Of a stretch of DNA of 64,000 nt, positions 37,515 to 46,505 are shown one piece after another. The notes below the pieces were generated by a model. It made no database searches. It worked only from the letters and a program-made list of their open reading frames with translations, and was not told the origin of the DNA. The DNA is from Candidatus Zixiibacteriota bacterium (GTDB taxonomy: Bacteria; Zixibacteria; MSB-5A5; UBA10806; 4484-95), in the NCBI GenBank assembly GCA_037441845.1, contig JBBIRK010000002.1:128001-192000 (forward strand). The letters run 5' to 3'. Within the stretch, counting starts at the first letter, position 1. Each line of letters starts with the position of its first letter. Both the position numbers and the translations under genes were made by a program.

Positions 37515-38017
37515 TTCGTGGTCCTCACCAGCCAGGCGTTTTCGAATCCCATTCCCTTCACCTTCTCAAGAAAAGCCTGCCCCAACTTGGGATCGTGAAA
37601 TTCCCCGAGACGCACCTTGTAATACGGCGCCTGATACTCGATAAATATCCCTTCGGGAAAAAGATTTTCCACCACTGATACATATCCTTTGGCGTCGTCG
37701 AGCGATTTGCTGGCGTAAATCTGAACCCGGAAAATCACCGTCGGATCGCCCGCCGGTTCGATCGCCGCCGCCGATCCGGAATCCGGCCTGTCGACTGGCT
37801 GATCGAGAACCTCCAACTCCATTCCGCGGCCGGGATAGCGGCCTGCGATCGTCATCGTATCCGCCGGCCCGTTCAGAGGATCGAACCATCGTTCCGCCAG
37901 AAGCCGATTGTCGCGGGCCGCCTTATTGCCGATCCCGGCGGTCCCGCACGATAAACACAACGCCGATATCAATATGATCGGATTACAGATACTGCTGCAG
38001 GGATTCATCTTGTTCAA
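37511..38017 (-). CDS. SPOR-domain lipoprotein
   Basis: Lipobox-like LCLSC; C-terminal FRVQIYAS...PYYKVRLGEF...GFENAWLV. Confidence 0.82.
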   Translation of the reverse strand: MNKMNPCSSICNPIILISALCLSCGTAGIGNKAARDNRLLAERWFDPLNGPADTMTIAGRYPGRGMELEVLDQPVDRPDSGSAAAIEPAGDPTVIFRVQIYASKSLDDAKGYVSVVENLFPEGIFIEYQAPYYKVRLGEFHDPKLGQAFLEKVKGMGFENAWLVRTTK

Positions 38018-39065
38018 GTTTGTTCAACAGCTCCTTGATATCGCCGACCTTCGTCTTGTGAGCCACCATCACCACATTATCGGTGCGCACGATCACCAAA
38101 TCTGAAACACCGAATGACACCACGAACCCGTTCGAGGAGGCGTTGACGATTGTATTTTCATAACTAGCTTCGCTGACTACGTTCCCTTTGATAACGTTCC
38201 CCTCGCTGTTCGGGCTGAATACCCTCTGCAGCGCCAGCCAGGAACCGACATCGTCCCATATGATCTCGCCCTTTACGCAAAGCACGTTGTCGGCCTTCTC
38301 GAGAATGGCGAAATCGACGGAGATATTTTCGCAATCGTTATAAAGGCATTCGAGAGCCGATTTTTCACCGGCGGTATCTATGCTGCCAGCGTATGTTCGA
38401 ATACATTTATACATCCCCGGCATATAGTTTTCCAGCGCTTCGAGAAACGATTTCACGCTCCAAACGAACATGCCGGAATTCCAAAGATGCTTGCGGTCGA
38501 GATAATACTCCTGAGCCTTGGTGCGCTCCGGCTTTTCTTTGAATTTGATGACTTGATGGAACTTTATCCCGTTGATTTCGGTGTGTTTCGTCCCCATTTC
38601 GATATAACCGTAGCCGGTCTCCGCGCGGGCCGGGACTATCCCTATGGTGATCAGCTTGTTCTCCACCGCGGCGAGATCGGCGGCCGTGGATAGTATCCTT
38701 ACCAGATGGTCCTTGGGCTCTATTATATGGTCCGAGGACAACACCACCATGATTCCTTCGGGATCGAGTCGTTCGATATGGATCGCCGCCAGGGCCAAGG
38801 CAAGACAAGTATTCTTGCCGATAGGTTCCAGCAGAAGATTTTTCTTTTTCAAGCCGCATCCCGATTCGAGGATTTGCTTCTCCAGATAGGCTGCGGTTAC
38901 GACAAGAGTTCTTTCCAAAGGAATGAACCCTTCCAATCGACTCATCGTCTCCTCGAGCATGGTCTTGTCCGAGGTGAGCCGCAAAAGTTGTTTGGGATGA
39001 TCCTTGGTCGATAACGGCCAGAATCGTTCGCCCTTTCCCCCGGCAAGGATTACTCCGTAAATCAT
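37983..39065 (-). CDS. manC: Mannose-1-phosphate guanylyltransferase
   Basis: ILAGGKGERFWPLS, PKQLL, EPIGKNT, ETGYGYI, FKEKP, WNSGMF, WDDVGSW. Confidence 0.93.
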   Translation of the reverse strand: MIYGVILAGGKGERFWPLSTKDHPKQLLRLTSDKTMLEETMSRLEGFIPLERTLVVTAAYLEKQILESGCGLKKKNLLLEPIGKNTCLALALAAIHIERLDPEGIMVVLSSDHIIEPKDHLVRILSTAADLAAVENKLITIGIVPARAETGYGYIEMGTKHTEINGIKFHQVIKFKEKPERTKAQEYYLDRKHLWNSGMFVWSVKSFLEALENYMPGMYKCIRTYAGSIDTAGEKSALECLYNDCENISVDFAILEKADNVLCVKGEIIWDDVGSWLALQRVFSPNSEGNVIKGNVVSEASYENTIVNASSNGFVVSFGVSDLVIVRTDNVVMVAHKTKVGDIKELLNKLEQDESLQQYL

Positions 39066-40792
39066 CAGGATTTTCCTTTTTTCTGCCCCGCTGACACCTT
39101 CATGGGTTTATTGTAATATAGATATCTTTTTATCTTGCGCGTCGATGTCTTTTCGAAAGCCTCTTCGCGGATCATCACATATTTAACCCGCTTGAAATCG
39201 GCAAGTTCCTCGCCCTGCTTGGCCACTTCGAGCTTGATGGTTTTTTCGATATTCATCTCGCTCAACTCGATCCCTTTCTCCTGCGCCCGGGCGCTGAAAT
39301 ACTCGAGGTCCGGCACGATCATGGCCTCGATCTCTTCGCCCCCATCGACCGGACGGCCCAATACGAGCGACTCGAGAATATAGGGAGACTTGTTCAACGC
39401 AAATTCGATTTCCTCGGGATAGACGTTCTTGCCCCCCGGAGTGACGATCACGTTTTTCGACCTTCCCGCGATATAATAATATCCATCGTCATCCGCCCAA
39501 CCGAGATCTCCGGTGTAAAGCCAGCCATCTTTCAGCACCTCGGCGGTCGCCTGAGGATTCCTGTAATATCCTTTCATTATCATCGGGCCGCTGGCGATTA
39601 TCTCGCCTATTCCCGCGGCATCGGGACGATCGATACGCAGTCTCGCGTTAGGCAAGGCCTTGCCGATAGAATTGTTTTTGTAATCATCCAAAGGATTCAA
39701 TGTCAGAACCGGCGAGCTTTCGGTCAGCCCGTAACCCTGAATCAGCCTGAATCCAAGAATGTTGAACGCCGCGGCCACCTCCGGCATCATCGGCGCGCCA
39801 CCCGCCACCATCAACCTTATCGAGGATAACCCCGCCTTCTCCCTCAAACCGGAAAACAACCCCTTGCCGGCCTCCAAATTCAGCGTCTTTTTCAATAGTT
39901 GCGATACCCCGTAAATGGTTCGGAAAAGCGCTCGGGTGAAAGGCGGCTTTTTCGATATCTCGCGAGTGATTCCGGCGAACATTTTTTCGTAAAGCAAGGG
40001 AACGCCCAGCATGATGGTCGCTTTGTTTTCGCGTATGTCCTCGACTATCAGTTTGGCCGCCAGACCCCGCGCATAAGTTATCGAGGCTCCGCCCGAAAGC
40101 GGCGTCAAAAAACCGCAAGTGCATTCGAAAGTATGGTGAAGCGGCAATATCGAGATGAAATTGTCGTTTTCGCGCATATCTATGCATTCGAGACAGCCCC
40201 AGATATCGCTGACTATGTTGCGATGAGAAAGCATCACGCCTTTGGCCAGCCCGGTCGTCCCTGAGGTGTATATTATCACCGCCAAGTCATCGGGCGAATT
40301 CATCGGCGGCTCGATCGTAGGCGGGTCGGAGTCGGCGAAAAGATACGGATAATCGGCCGTTTCCCGATCCATCGAAATGATGACCTCAAACGTCTCGATC
40401 GAATCCCGCAACGGTTCGATATCCGGTATCAGCTTGCCCGAAACCACCAGCGCCTTGATCCCCGAATGACGGATTATATAGCTGAGCTCTTGAGGCTTAA
40501 GCAACGAATCGAGCGGGACATTGACCGCTTGGAGGAACAGCGAACCGAAATAAGCGGCTCCCCAGGCCGGTCGATTCTCCGCCAAAATGCCGACCTTATC
40601 TCCGGGTTTGATTCCGGCTTTCGTCAGCGCCGCCGCCGCCTGCATGACCAAATGGTATAGTTCTGAATAATTTATGGCTCTGAATGAATCCCCGCTGAAA
40701 TACCTCATGGCCGCATTGTTCGAATAGAGCTTTTTGCTCCTCGAAAGCATCTGGGGAATCGTCAACTCATGCAACGGGGTATCGCTGAACAT
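39065..40792 (-). CDS. Long-chain fatty acid--CoA ligase (AMP-binding)
   Basis: IIYTSGTTGLAKGV, QGYGLTE, GWLYTGDLG, GKNVYPEEIE. Confidence 0.92.
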   Translation of the reverse strand: MFSDTPLHELTIPQMLSRSKKLYSNNAAMRYFSGDSFRAINYSELYHLVMQAAAALTKAGIKPGDKVGILAENRPAWGAAYFGSLFLQAVNVPLDSLLKPQELSYIIRHSGIKALVVSGKLIPDIEPLRDSIETFEVIISMDRETADYPYLFADSDPPTIEPPMNSPDDLAVIIYTSGTTGLAKGVMLSHRNIVSDIWGCLECIDMRENDNFISILPLHHTFECTCGFLTPLSGGASITYARGLAAKLIVEDIRENKATIMLGVPLLYEKMFAGITREISKKPPFTRALFRTIYGVSQLLKKTLNLEAGKGLFSGLREKAGLSSIRLMVAGGAPMMPEVAAAFNILGFRLIQGYGLTESSPVLTLNPLDDYKNNSIGKALPNARLRIDRPDAAGIGEIIASGPMIMKGYYRNPQATAEVLKDGWLYTGDLGWADDDGYYYIAGRSKNVIVTPGGKNVYPEEIEFALNKSPYILESLVLGRPVDGGEEIEAMIVPDLEYFSARAQEKGIELSEMNIEKTIKLEVAKQGEELADFKRVKYVMIREEAFEKTSTRKIKRYLYYNKPMKVSAGQKKGKS

Positions 40793-40800
40793 ATGCAGCG

Positions 40801-40829
40801 AATATATTACCGAATAGGTTCAATTGCAA
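40801..40829 (-). promoter_or_regulatory. Putative sigma70 promoter of the acyl-CoA ligase operon
   Basis: Minus strand TTGCAA-N17-TATATT; the -10 ends 8 nt before ATG 40792. Confidence 0.5.
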
Positions 40830-40878
40830 GCGATTAACGGAGAACGCCGGGGTAAGCAGGCAACAGAAGAAACGAAAA

Positions 40879-42096
40879 TCAGTCCCTCAACTGGACTCCG
40901 GCTCTGTTGATCGAATCGTCGCCGTATTTCCCTCTGATCTCATCCATCACGCTTTCGATTTCTCTTAATCGATTAATTTGATCGCACCGACGAAAAGCTT
41001 CTTGATTATGGACCCAAAGGTCGGGTTGATCGCTCTCCCGCACAGTTTCGATATTGGATACCGATACCCCGATCAACCTGATCGGCGATCCCGAAAATCC
41101 GCTCTCTTCGAACAAACTGCAGGCTGTGGAATAGATGACGTTCGCGCAATCGGTGGAGATATTCAACGTGCGCGACCGGGTATGTCTTATGAAATTCGGC
41201 AATTTTATTTTCAGATTGACCGTCCTTCCCCGACAGAAATCGGCACGCAAGCGTCGCGACACCCTATCCGATAAATACAACAACCTGCCCCTTATCTTGG
41301 TCAGATCGCTTTCGTCGCGATAAAAGGTGTGCTCGTGCCCCATCGATTTTTCGGTTGTCGCCAGATACCCGGGCGTGATATTAGCCTCTCCTTTGCCGTT
41401 GGCCATGTCGATCAGGCATTCGGCGGCTATCCCGAACATTCTTTTCAACTTCGGCTTGGGATATTTGGCCAGATCCTCGATCGTTACGATTCCGAGCTTT
41501 TTTAGCGATTCTTCGGTTTTCGGGCCTATTCCCCACAGGTTGCGCACCGGCTGCGGCCAGAGATACTCGATTTCCCGTCCTTTTTCGATTATAGTCAATC
41601 CGTCGGGTTTGTTTGTCGCCGATGCCATTTTAGCGATGAATTTGACATGAGCCACTCCAATCGATGCGGTCAAACCGAACTTATCGCGAATCGATTTCTT
41701 GATTTTCTCGGCCAGATTTTTCGCTCCTCCGTATCTTTCCGCCACATCGGTGATATCCAGGAACGCCTCATCGATCGATACCGGTTCGACCAGCGGGGTG
41801 AATCCGCTCAACAATCTCAGAATTTCACAGGAAAGATGAGTGTATTTGTATGGGGAAAGATTGATAAAAACTCCGTTGGGGCACAATTTCACCGCTTTGG
41901 CCGCCGACATCGCCGAATGAATTCCGAACGGCCGCGCCTCGTAAGAACAGGTGGTCACCACTCCCCGCCCCTCGGGGGTGCCGCCGACTATCACCGGTTT
42001 ACCTTTCAGGGCCGGCAGATGAGCCTGCTCGACCGCCGCGAAAAACGCATCCATGTCGATATGCATTATCAGTTTGTCGGAACCTTTGTCAGCCAT
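40879..42096 (-). CDS. dinB: Y-family DNA polymerase IV
   Basis: HIDMDAFFAAVE, SYEARPFG, SIDEAFLD, AKMAS...KPDG, WGIG; clamp-like QPDLW; start ATG 42096 preferred. Confidence 0.93.
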   Translation of the reverse strand: MADKGSDKLIMHIDMDAFFAAVEQAHLPALKGKPVIVGGTPEGRGVVTTCSYEARPFGIHSAMSAAKAVKLCPNGVFINLSPYKYTHLSCEILRLLSGFTPLVEPVSIDEAFLDITDVAERYGGAKNLAEKIKKSIRDKFGLTASIGVAHVKFIAKMASATNKPDGLTIIEKGREIEYLWPQPVRNLWGIGPKTEESLKKLGIVTIEDLAKYPKPKLKRMFGIAAECLIDMANGKGEANITPGYLATTEKSMGHEHTFYRDESDLTKIRGRLLYLSDRVSRRLRADFCRGRTVNLKIKLPNFIRHTRSRTLNISTDCANVIYSTACSLFEESGFSGSPIRLIGVSVSNIETVRESDQPDLWVHNQEAFRRCDQINRLREIESVMDEIRGKYGDDSINRAGVQLRD

Positions 42097-42100
42097 ACTT

Positions 42101-42349
42101 TCATTCCACCCAGATTTTGTTGAGTATCCAGGAGGTGTTCCGTTCGTCGTAGGCAAGTTGGAAATAATTCGAGCAGTCGTCGAGGACGGCGAAATAGCGG
42201 ATACGATACTGGCCGACGTCGGCTTTCCAGGTGCCGGTGATCCGTTGCACTTTGATCGGCCGGCCGTTCCAGCGGAAACGGATCGGTTTCATGGCGCCGT
42301 TTTCGAATACCACGATCACATCGATCGGCTCTTCGATATCCTGGTACAT
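42101..42349 (-). CDS. Small DUF6504 / ImuB-C-like protein (82 aa)
   Basis: SD AGAGGA before ATG 42349; PIRFRWNGR...VQRITGTW...YFAV...FQLAYD...WIL; stop 4 nt before dinB. Confidence 0.75.
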   Translation of the reverse strand: MYQDIEEPIDVIVVFENGAMKPIRFRWNGRPIKVQRITGTWKADVGQYRIRYFAVLDDCSNYFQLAYDERNTSWILNKIWVE

Positions 42350-42785
42350 GTTTTTCCTCTGACCGATTGCGAACCACCGCACATTATTGCCCGGCAGCGG
42401 CCTTCACGAGAGTTTTCCACGTCACCCAAGCAATAGATCATCGAATAAAACACTGACTTGATCACCCTGTATAGTATTAGGCGGAAACCGTGTTTGATAG
42501 TTGACCGGAAAATCCGCCCAAACCATTACCTAAATTGCGCCGGCCACGAAAATAATCCACATCGGCTTTGTGCGGAAAACAGCACTTTATTTTTTTCGAT
42601 AATTCATAGCCGCGATCAGGTAATTGTCTCGCTGAATATCTGACCGAACGACAAATAATCGAAAACCATGGATTGAAAGGATAGCGATCACCGAAAACAG
42701 CTCTTGATTTACCTGACATACTCGACCCCTTCGTTACGATACGATATCTGCCGCACCTTCGGTTGAAACCGGCCATCAAAACCGA

Positions 42786-43409
42786 CTACATCTTCCGCAA
42801 CAGCCCGATAACCTTGCCGGCGATCGCGAACCCGGGTGACCCCCTTTCGACTATGATCGGGCCGTAATCGGGATTAGCCGGCTCGAGTCGTATCCTCTTC
42901 TTCTCGGGAATATACCGCTTTACCGTTGCCTCGTCACCTACCTGCGCCACCACGATATCCCCCCGATCGGCGGTCTGTTGACGACGTACCAGCACGTAAT
43001 CGCCGTCGAGAATCCCCGCCTCGATCATCGAATCGCCCTTGACCCGCAAAGCGAAAATTTGCTCCCCGGGCACGAAAGTCCGATCGATACAAAACGTCCC
43101 CTCGATATTCTGCTCGGCCCACAACGGCGTTCCCGCGGCCACCCGCCCCACCAACGGCACCATCACCTGATGCTTGGGATCGAGATGTTCGGGCGCTTCC
43201 TTGATAATCTCGATCCCCCGTGACAGATAACGGCTGCGCCGGATATACCCCTTGCGCTCGAGCGCATCCAATACCGTGCGCACGCCGTTGGTGGAATTGA
43301 TCTTGAATTTGTCGCCGATTTCCCGAAGCGACGGCGGCCGGCCGAGATCGGTCACCGATCGCTTGATAAATTCGAAAATCTGGCGCTGTCTGGTCGTCAA
43401 TTCTTTCAT
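42786..43409 (-). CDS. lexA: SOS repressor LexA
   Basis: LTTRQRQI, PPSLREI, LERKGYI, cleavage site VAAG, catalytic GDSM and TVKR. Confidence 0.96.
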   Translation of the reverse strand: MKELTTRQRQIFEFIKRSVTDLGRPPSLREIGDKFKINSTNGVRTVLDALERKGYIRRSRYLSRGIEIIKEAPEHLDPKHQVMVPLVGRVAAGTPLWAEQNIEGTFCIDRTFVPGEQIFALRVKGDSMIEAGILDGDYVLVRRQQTADRGDIVVAQVGDEATVKRYIPEKKRIRLEPANPDYGPIIVERGSPGFAIAGKVIGLLRKM

Positions 43410-43456
43410 GACTGTCTCCCTCCCGTTATGGTCCCGTCACCTGCTATCTGAATATA

Positions 43457-43485
43457 AGTATACTGCTCATATGTTCATTCGTCAA
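43457..43485 (-). promoter_or_regulatory. lexA sigma70 promoter with candidate SOS operator in the spacer
   Basis: Minus strand TTGACG-N17-TATACT; spacer holds the imperfect palindrome TGAACATATGAGCA (43464-43477). Confidence 0.7.
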
Positions 43486-43526
43486 GAAAAAAAATTTGTT
43501 TTTACGAAAATCACCGCCCGGATAGA

Positions 43527-45233
43527 TCACCACACCCCAACCGTGGGCTGTATCTCCCTTTGAATAAACGACTTATCTGCATCGGGCGGGATCAAAACCG
43601 TGAACTTCGTCCCCCAACTTCCGGTGTCGAAACTGATTTTCCCCTCGAGCGATTCGACTATCCGCCAGACGATAGCCAACCCCAAACCCGTGCCGTCGGT
43701 TTTGGTGGAATAAAACGGCTGAAATATATGCCCGCGGATATTGGGCGGAATGCCGCAGCCGTTGTCGCTGATTTCCAGTTTGGTCCAGACTCGGCCGCCG
43801 GTTTCCACATGTAAACCGGTTTGAATTTTGATCACTCCATCGTTACCGCCTATCGCCTGAATCGCATTCAATATCAGGTTCCAGAGAAGTTGCTTATGCA
43901 CATCCGGAGTTCCCCGGGCGAAAACGGTTTTCCCCTCTTGAGGAATTTCGAAAACGATATTCTGCTTATATTGAGGATGAGCTTTCGCCAGATCGATCAC
44001 TTCTCTGATAGCTCCGGTGAGTTCGGCTTTCGATTCGATATTTCCGGTAACTCTGGAAAAACTCAAAAAATCGGTTAAAATCCTGTTCAGCCGGGCGCTT
44101 TCCTTCAAGATCAAATCGAATAATTTCCGCTCGTCGTCTTTTTCCAACTTAAGGGAATCGCGCAGAACCTCCACCGATCCCGAAATCGCCGCCAGTGGAT
44201 TTCTGATCTCGTGCGCAATCCCGGCGGAAAGCTGCCCGATCGAGGCCATTCTATCGGCGTCGCGCAGCCTTCTTTCCAGCAACTTGGCCTCGCTCAAATT
44301 CTGGAAAACCACGATCACTCCGCGCGTCCGCTCCTCGTCCTTAAGCAGAGAGGTGGAGATTCCCAACGGCACCGTAACCTCGCCGATTTTTATTTCGATT
44401 TCGCCGCGCGACTCCACATAACCTGTCGATAGAGCCAGATCAATCTTGTAATAAAGCTCGGGGTAACGATTAAAAAACAGGTCGCGATAATTCGTTCGGC
44501 GCGCTTTATCGGAAGCGATATCGAGAATGCCGCCCGCCGCCCGATTGAAATAAACGATATTCCCTCGATTATCCACGGTGATCATTCCCGAGCGCATGTT
44601 CTCCAAAATTTCATTCGTTTCAAGCCTGATCTTTTGCAGTTCGCGCGAGGCGAAAAGAAAATTCTCGGCCAGATATCCCGATATGAATGCCACCAAATAG
44701 AAAAGACACAGATGCAAAAACACGGTATAGAAAACTTCGTCCGAGCCGATACCGGATATTCCGATCCGGTTTTCCCTGAAAATCCCCGGTAGCAGCTCCG
44801 AAAGTTTCCAGATAACAGGGGCGGCATAGAACAGCCCGGCGATCGTGGCCGAAATCAGGGTGCCGACCAGGCCGTAAATCATGCTCGAGGACACGATCGT
44901 AAGCATGAACAAAACCACCAACGGCGAGAAATTGCCGCCCACACGATTGACCAGAATCGCCTCGAAAGCGAACTCGAAAACCGTCTGCAGCCCGACTATG
45001 AATCGCACCAGATTTTCGTCGGGCTTGCGATTGAACGCCAGTACATACAGCAAAAATCCGATCGCCAGGATTCCGTAAATTATCAATAATTGATAGATCA
45101 GGCCATGGGTGGGAAGATATAGCAAATAGGTTGCGAATAAGGCTCCATAGTTTACCAGGCGGGAGATCACGATCCAGAAAAAACGCCCGCTTGGTCCAAG
45201 CGATAGGCTCGTCGATTTGAATTTGAGGTTCAT
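43527..45233 (-). CDS. pilS: PilS-like membrane sensor histidine kinase with PAS domain
   Basis: About six TM with GGNFSPL; PAS (ILENMRSGMITVD...FNRAA); AGIAHEIRNPL; NLILNA; DNGCG; GTGLGL; follows pilBTC. Confidence 0.82.
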   Translation of the reverse strand: MNLKFKSTSLSLGPSGRFFWIVISRLVNYGALFATYLLYLPTHGLIYQLLIIYGILAIGFLLYVLAFNRKPDENLVRFIVGLQTVFEFAFEAILVNRVGGNFSPLVVLFMLTIVSSSMIYGLVGTLISATIAGLFYAAPVIWKLSELLPGIFRENRIGISGIGSDEVFYTVFLHLCLFYLVAFISGYLAENFLFASRELQKIRLETNEILENMRSGMITVDNRGNIVYFNRAAGGILDIASDKARRTNYRDLFFNRYPELYYKIDLALSTGYVESRGEIEIKIGEVTVPLGISTSLLKDEERTRGVIVVFQNLSEAKLLERRLRDADRMASIGQLSAGIAHEIRNPLAAISGSVEVLRDSLKLEKDDERKLFDLILKESARLNRILTDFLSFSRVTGNIESKAELTGAIREVIDLAKAHPQYKQNIVFEIPQEGKTVFARGTPDVHKQLLWNLILNAIQAIGGNDGVIKIQTGLHVETGGRVWTKLEISDNGCGIPPNIRGHIFQPFYSTKTDGTGLGLAIVWRIVESLEGKISFDTGSWGTKFTVLIPPDADKSFIQREIQPTVGVW

Positions 45234-45240
45234 CCGGCCG

Positions 45241-45272
45241 AAAAAAAAGCGTCGCCGATCGCTCGACGACGC
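45241..45272 (-). terminator. Intrinsic terminator between pilC and pilS
   Basis: Minus strand GCGTCGTCGA-GCGA-TCGGCGACGC stem with GNRA loop followed by 8 T. Confidence 0.8.
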
Positions 45273-45286
45273 CGTCTCAGTCCGAT

Positions 45287-46486
45287 CTAACTTATCTTGC
45301 CGATAATGTCGAACATCGGCAGATACATGGCCACCAGGATACCGCCGATCACCGCCCCCATGAACACGATGATCACCGGTTCGATTATCGACGTCAGCGC
45401 CGCCACTGCGGCATCCACCTCGTCGTCGTAAAAATCGGCAATCTTCGATAGCATCTCATCGAGTCCGCCGGTCTTCTCGCCCACGGAAATCATCTGGATA
45501 ACCATCGGCGGAAAGACGCCGGTCTCTTTCAACGGCGCGGTGATCGTCTCCCCCTCGGCGATCGACAACATCGATTTCCTGATCGCGTTCTGCAACACCA
45601 TATTGCCGGATGTCTTCGAGGTTATATCCAGAGCATCGAGAATGGACACACCCGAGGATATCAGCGTGCTCAAGGTGCGGGTGAACCGGGATATGGCCCC
45701 TTTTCGGATAAGATTGCCCAAAAGCGGCATAACCAATTTCAGTTTATCGAAATTGAGCCTGACGTTCGGATTCCTGAGCGAGTACTTGAACCCCACCGCG
45801 AATGCTATCAAGCCGAATAGAAAATACATCGAATAAGCCCTCAGGAACGCGGAAATGTTGAGAACGGCTTTCGTGGGCCCGGGAAGATCGGCGCCCAATC
45901 CGGAAAACATCTTGGCGAAAACCGGTACTATATAGGTAAGCATGGCGTAGGTGACGCCGCTGGCCACGACAGCCACGACGATCGGATATACCATCGCACC
46001 CTTGACCTTGCGCGTCAGCCGATCGGCCTTCTCCCGATATACCGCCAACCTGACCAAAATCGTATCCAATGCGCCGCCCATCTCGCCGGCCTCCACCATG
46101 TTCACGTAAAGATCGTCGAACACCTTGCGATGTTTGCCCAGCGCTTCGGAAAGGGTCGCTCCCGACTGTACGTCCTCTTTGATCTTGTTGGCGATACTTC
46201 TGAATTCCGCCGATTCCATTTGATTCGAAAGGATTTCAAGGCATTGCACCATCGGCAAACCCGCGCTTATCATGGTGGCGAACTGCCTGGTGAATCGCGA
46301 AATCTCGACTTTTTTGATTCTGCCGCCGAACTTGATATTAATCTGCGAAGGTTTCTTGGTTATCTGGGTGGCCAGAATTTTGTTGGCTCTCAGATAACGC
46401 TCGAGTTCGGCCTTGTTCTTAGCCTTCCGTTCCCCCTGTACGGGTCTGCCGCCGACCGTCTTGCCTTTGTAATCGAAAACCGGCAC
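45287..46486 (-). CDS. pilC: Type IV pilus inner-membrane platform protein PilC
   Basis: FTRQFATMISAGLP, YVNMVEAGEMGG, AMVYP, QMISVGEKTG, IEPVII, AMYLPMF. Confidence 0.95.
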   Translation of the reverse strand: MPVFDYKGKTVGGRPVQGERKAKNKAELERYLRANKILATQITKKPSQINIKFGGRIKKVEISRFTRQFATMISAGLPMVQCLEILSNQMESAEFRSIANKIKEDVQSGATLSEALGKHRKVFDDLYVNMVEAGEMGGALDTILVRLAVYREKADRLTRKVKGAMVYPIVVAVVASGVTYAMLTYIVPVFAKMFSGLGADLPGPTKAVLNISAFLRAYSMYFLFGLIAFAVGFKYSLRNPNVRLNFDKLKLVMPLLGNLIRKGAISRFTRTLSTLISSGVSILDALDITSKTSGNMVLQNAIRKSMLSIAEGETITAPLKETGVFPPMVIQMISVGEKTGGLDEMLSKIADFYDDEVDAAVAALTSIIEPVIIVFMGAVIGGILVAMYLPMFDIIGKIS

Positions 46487-46505
46487 TTTTCACCTCCGGG
46501 ATTGC

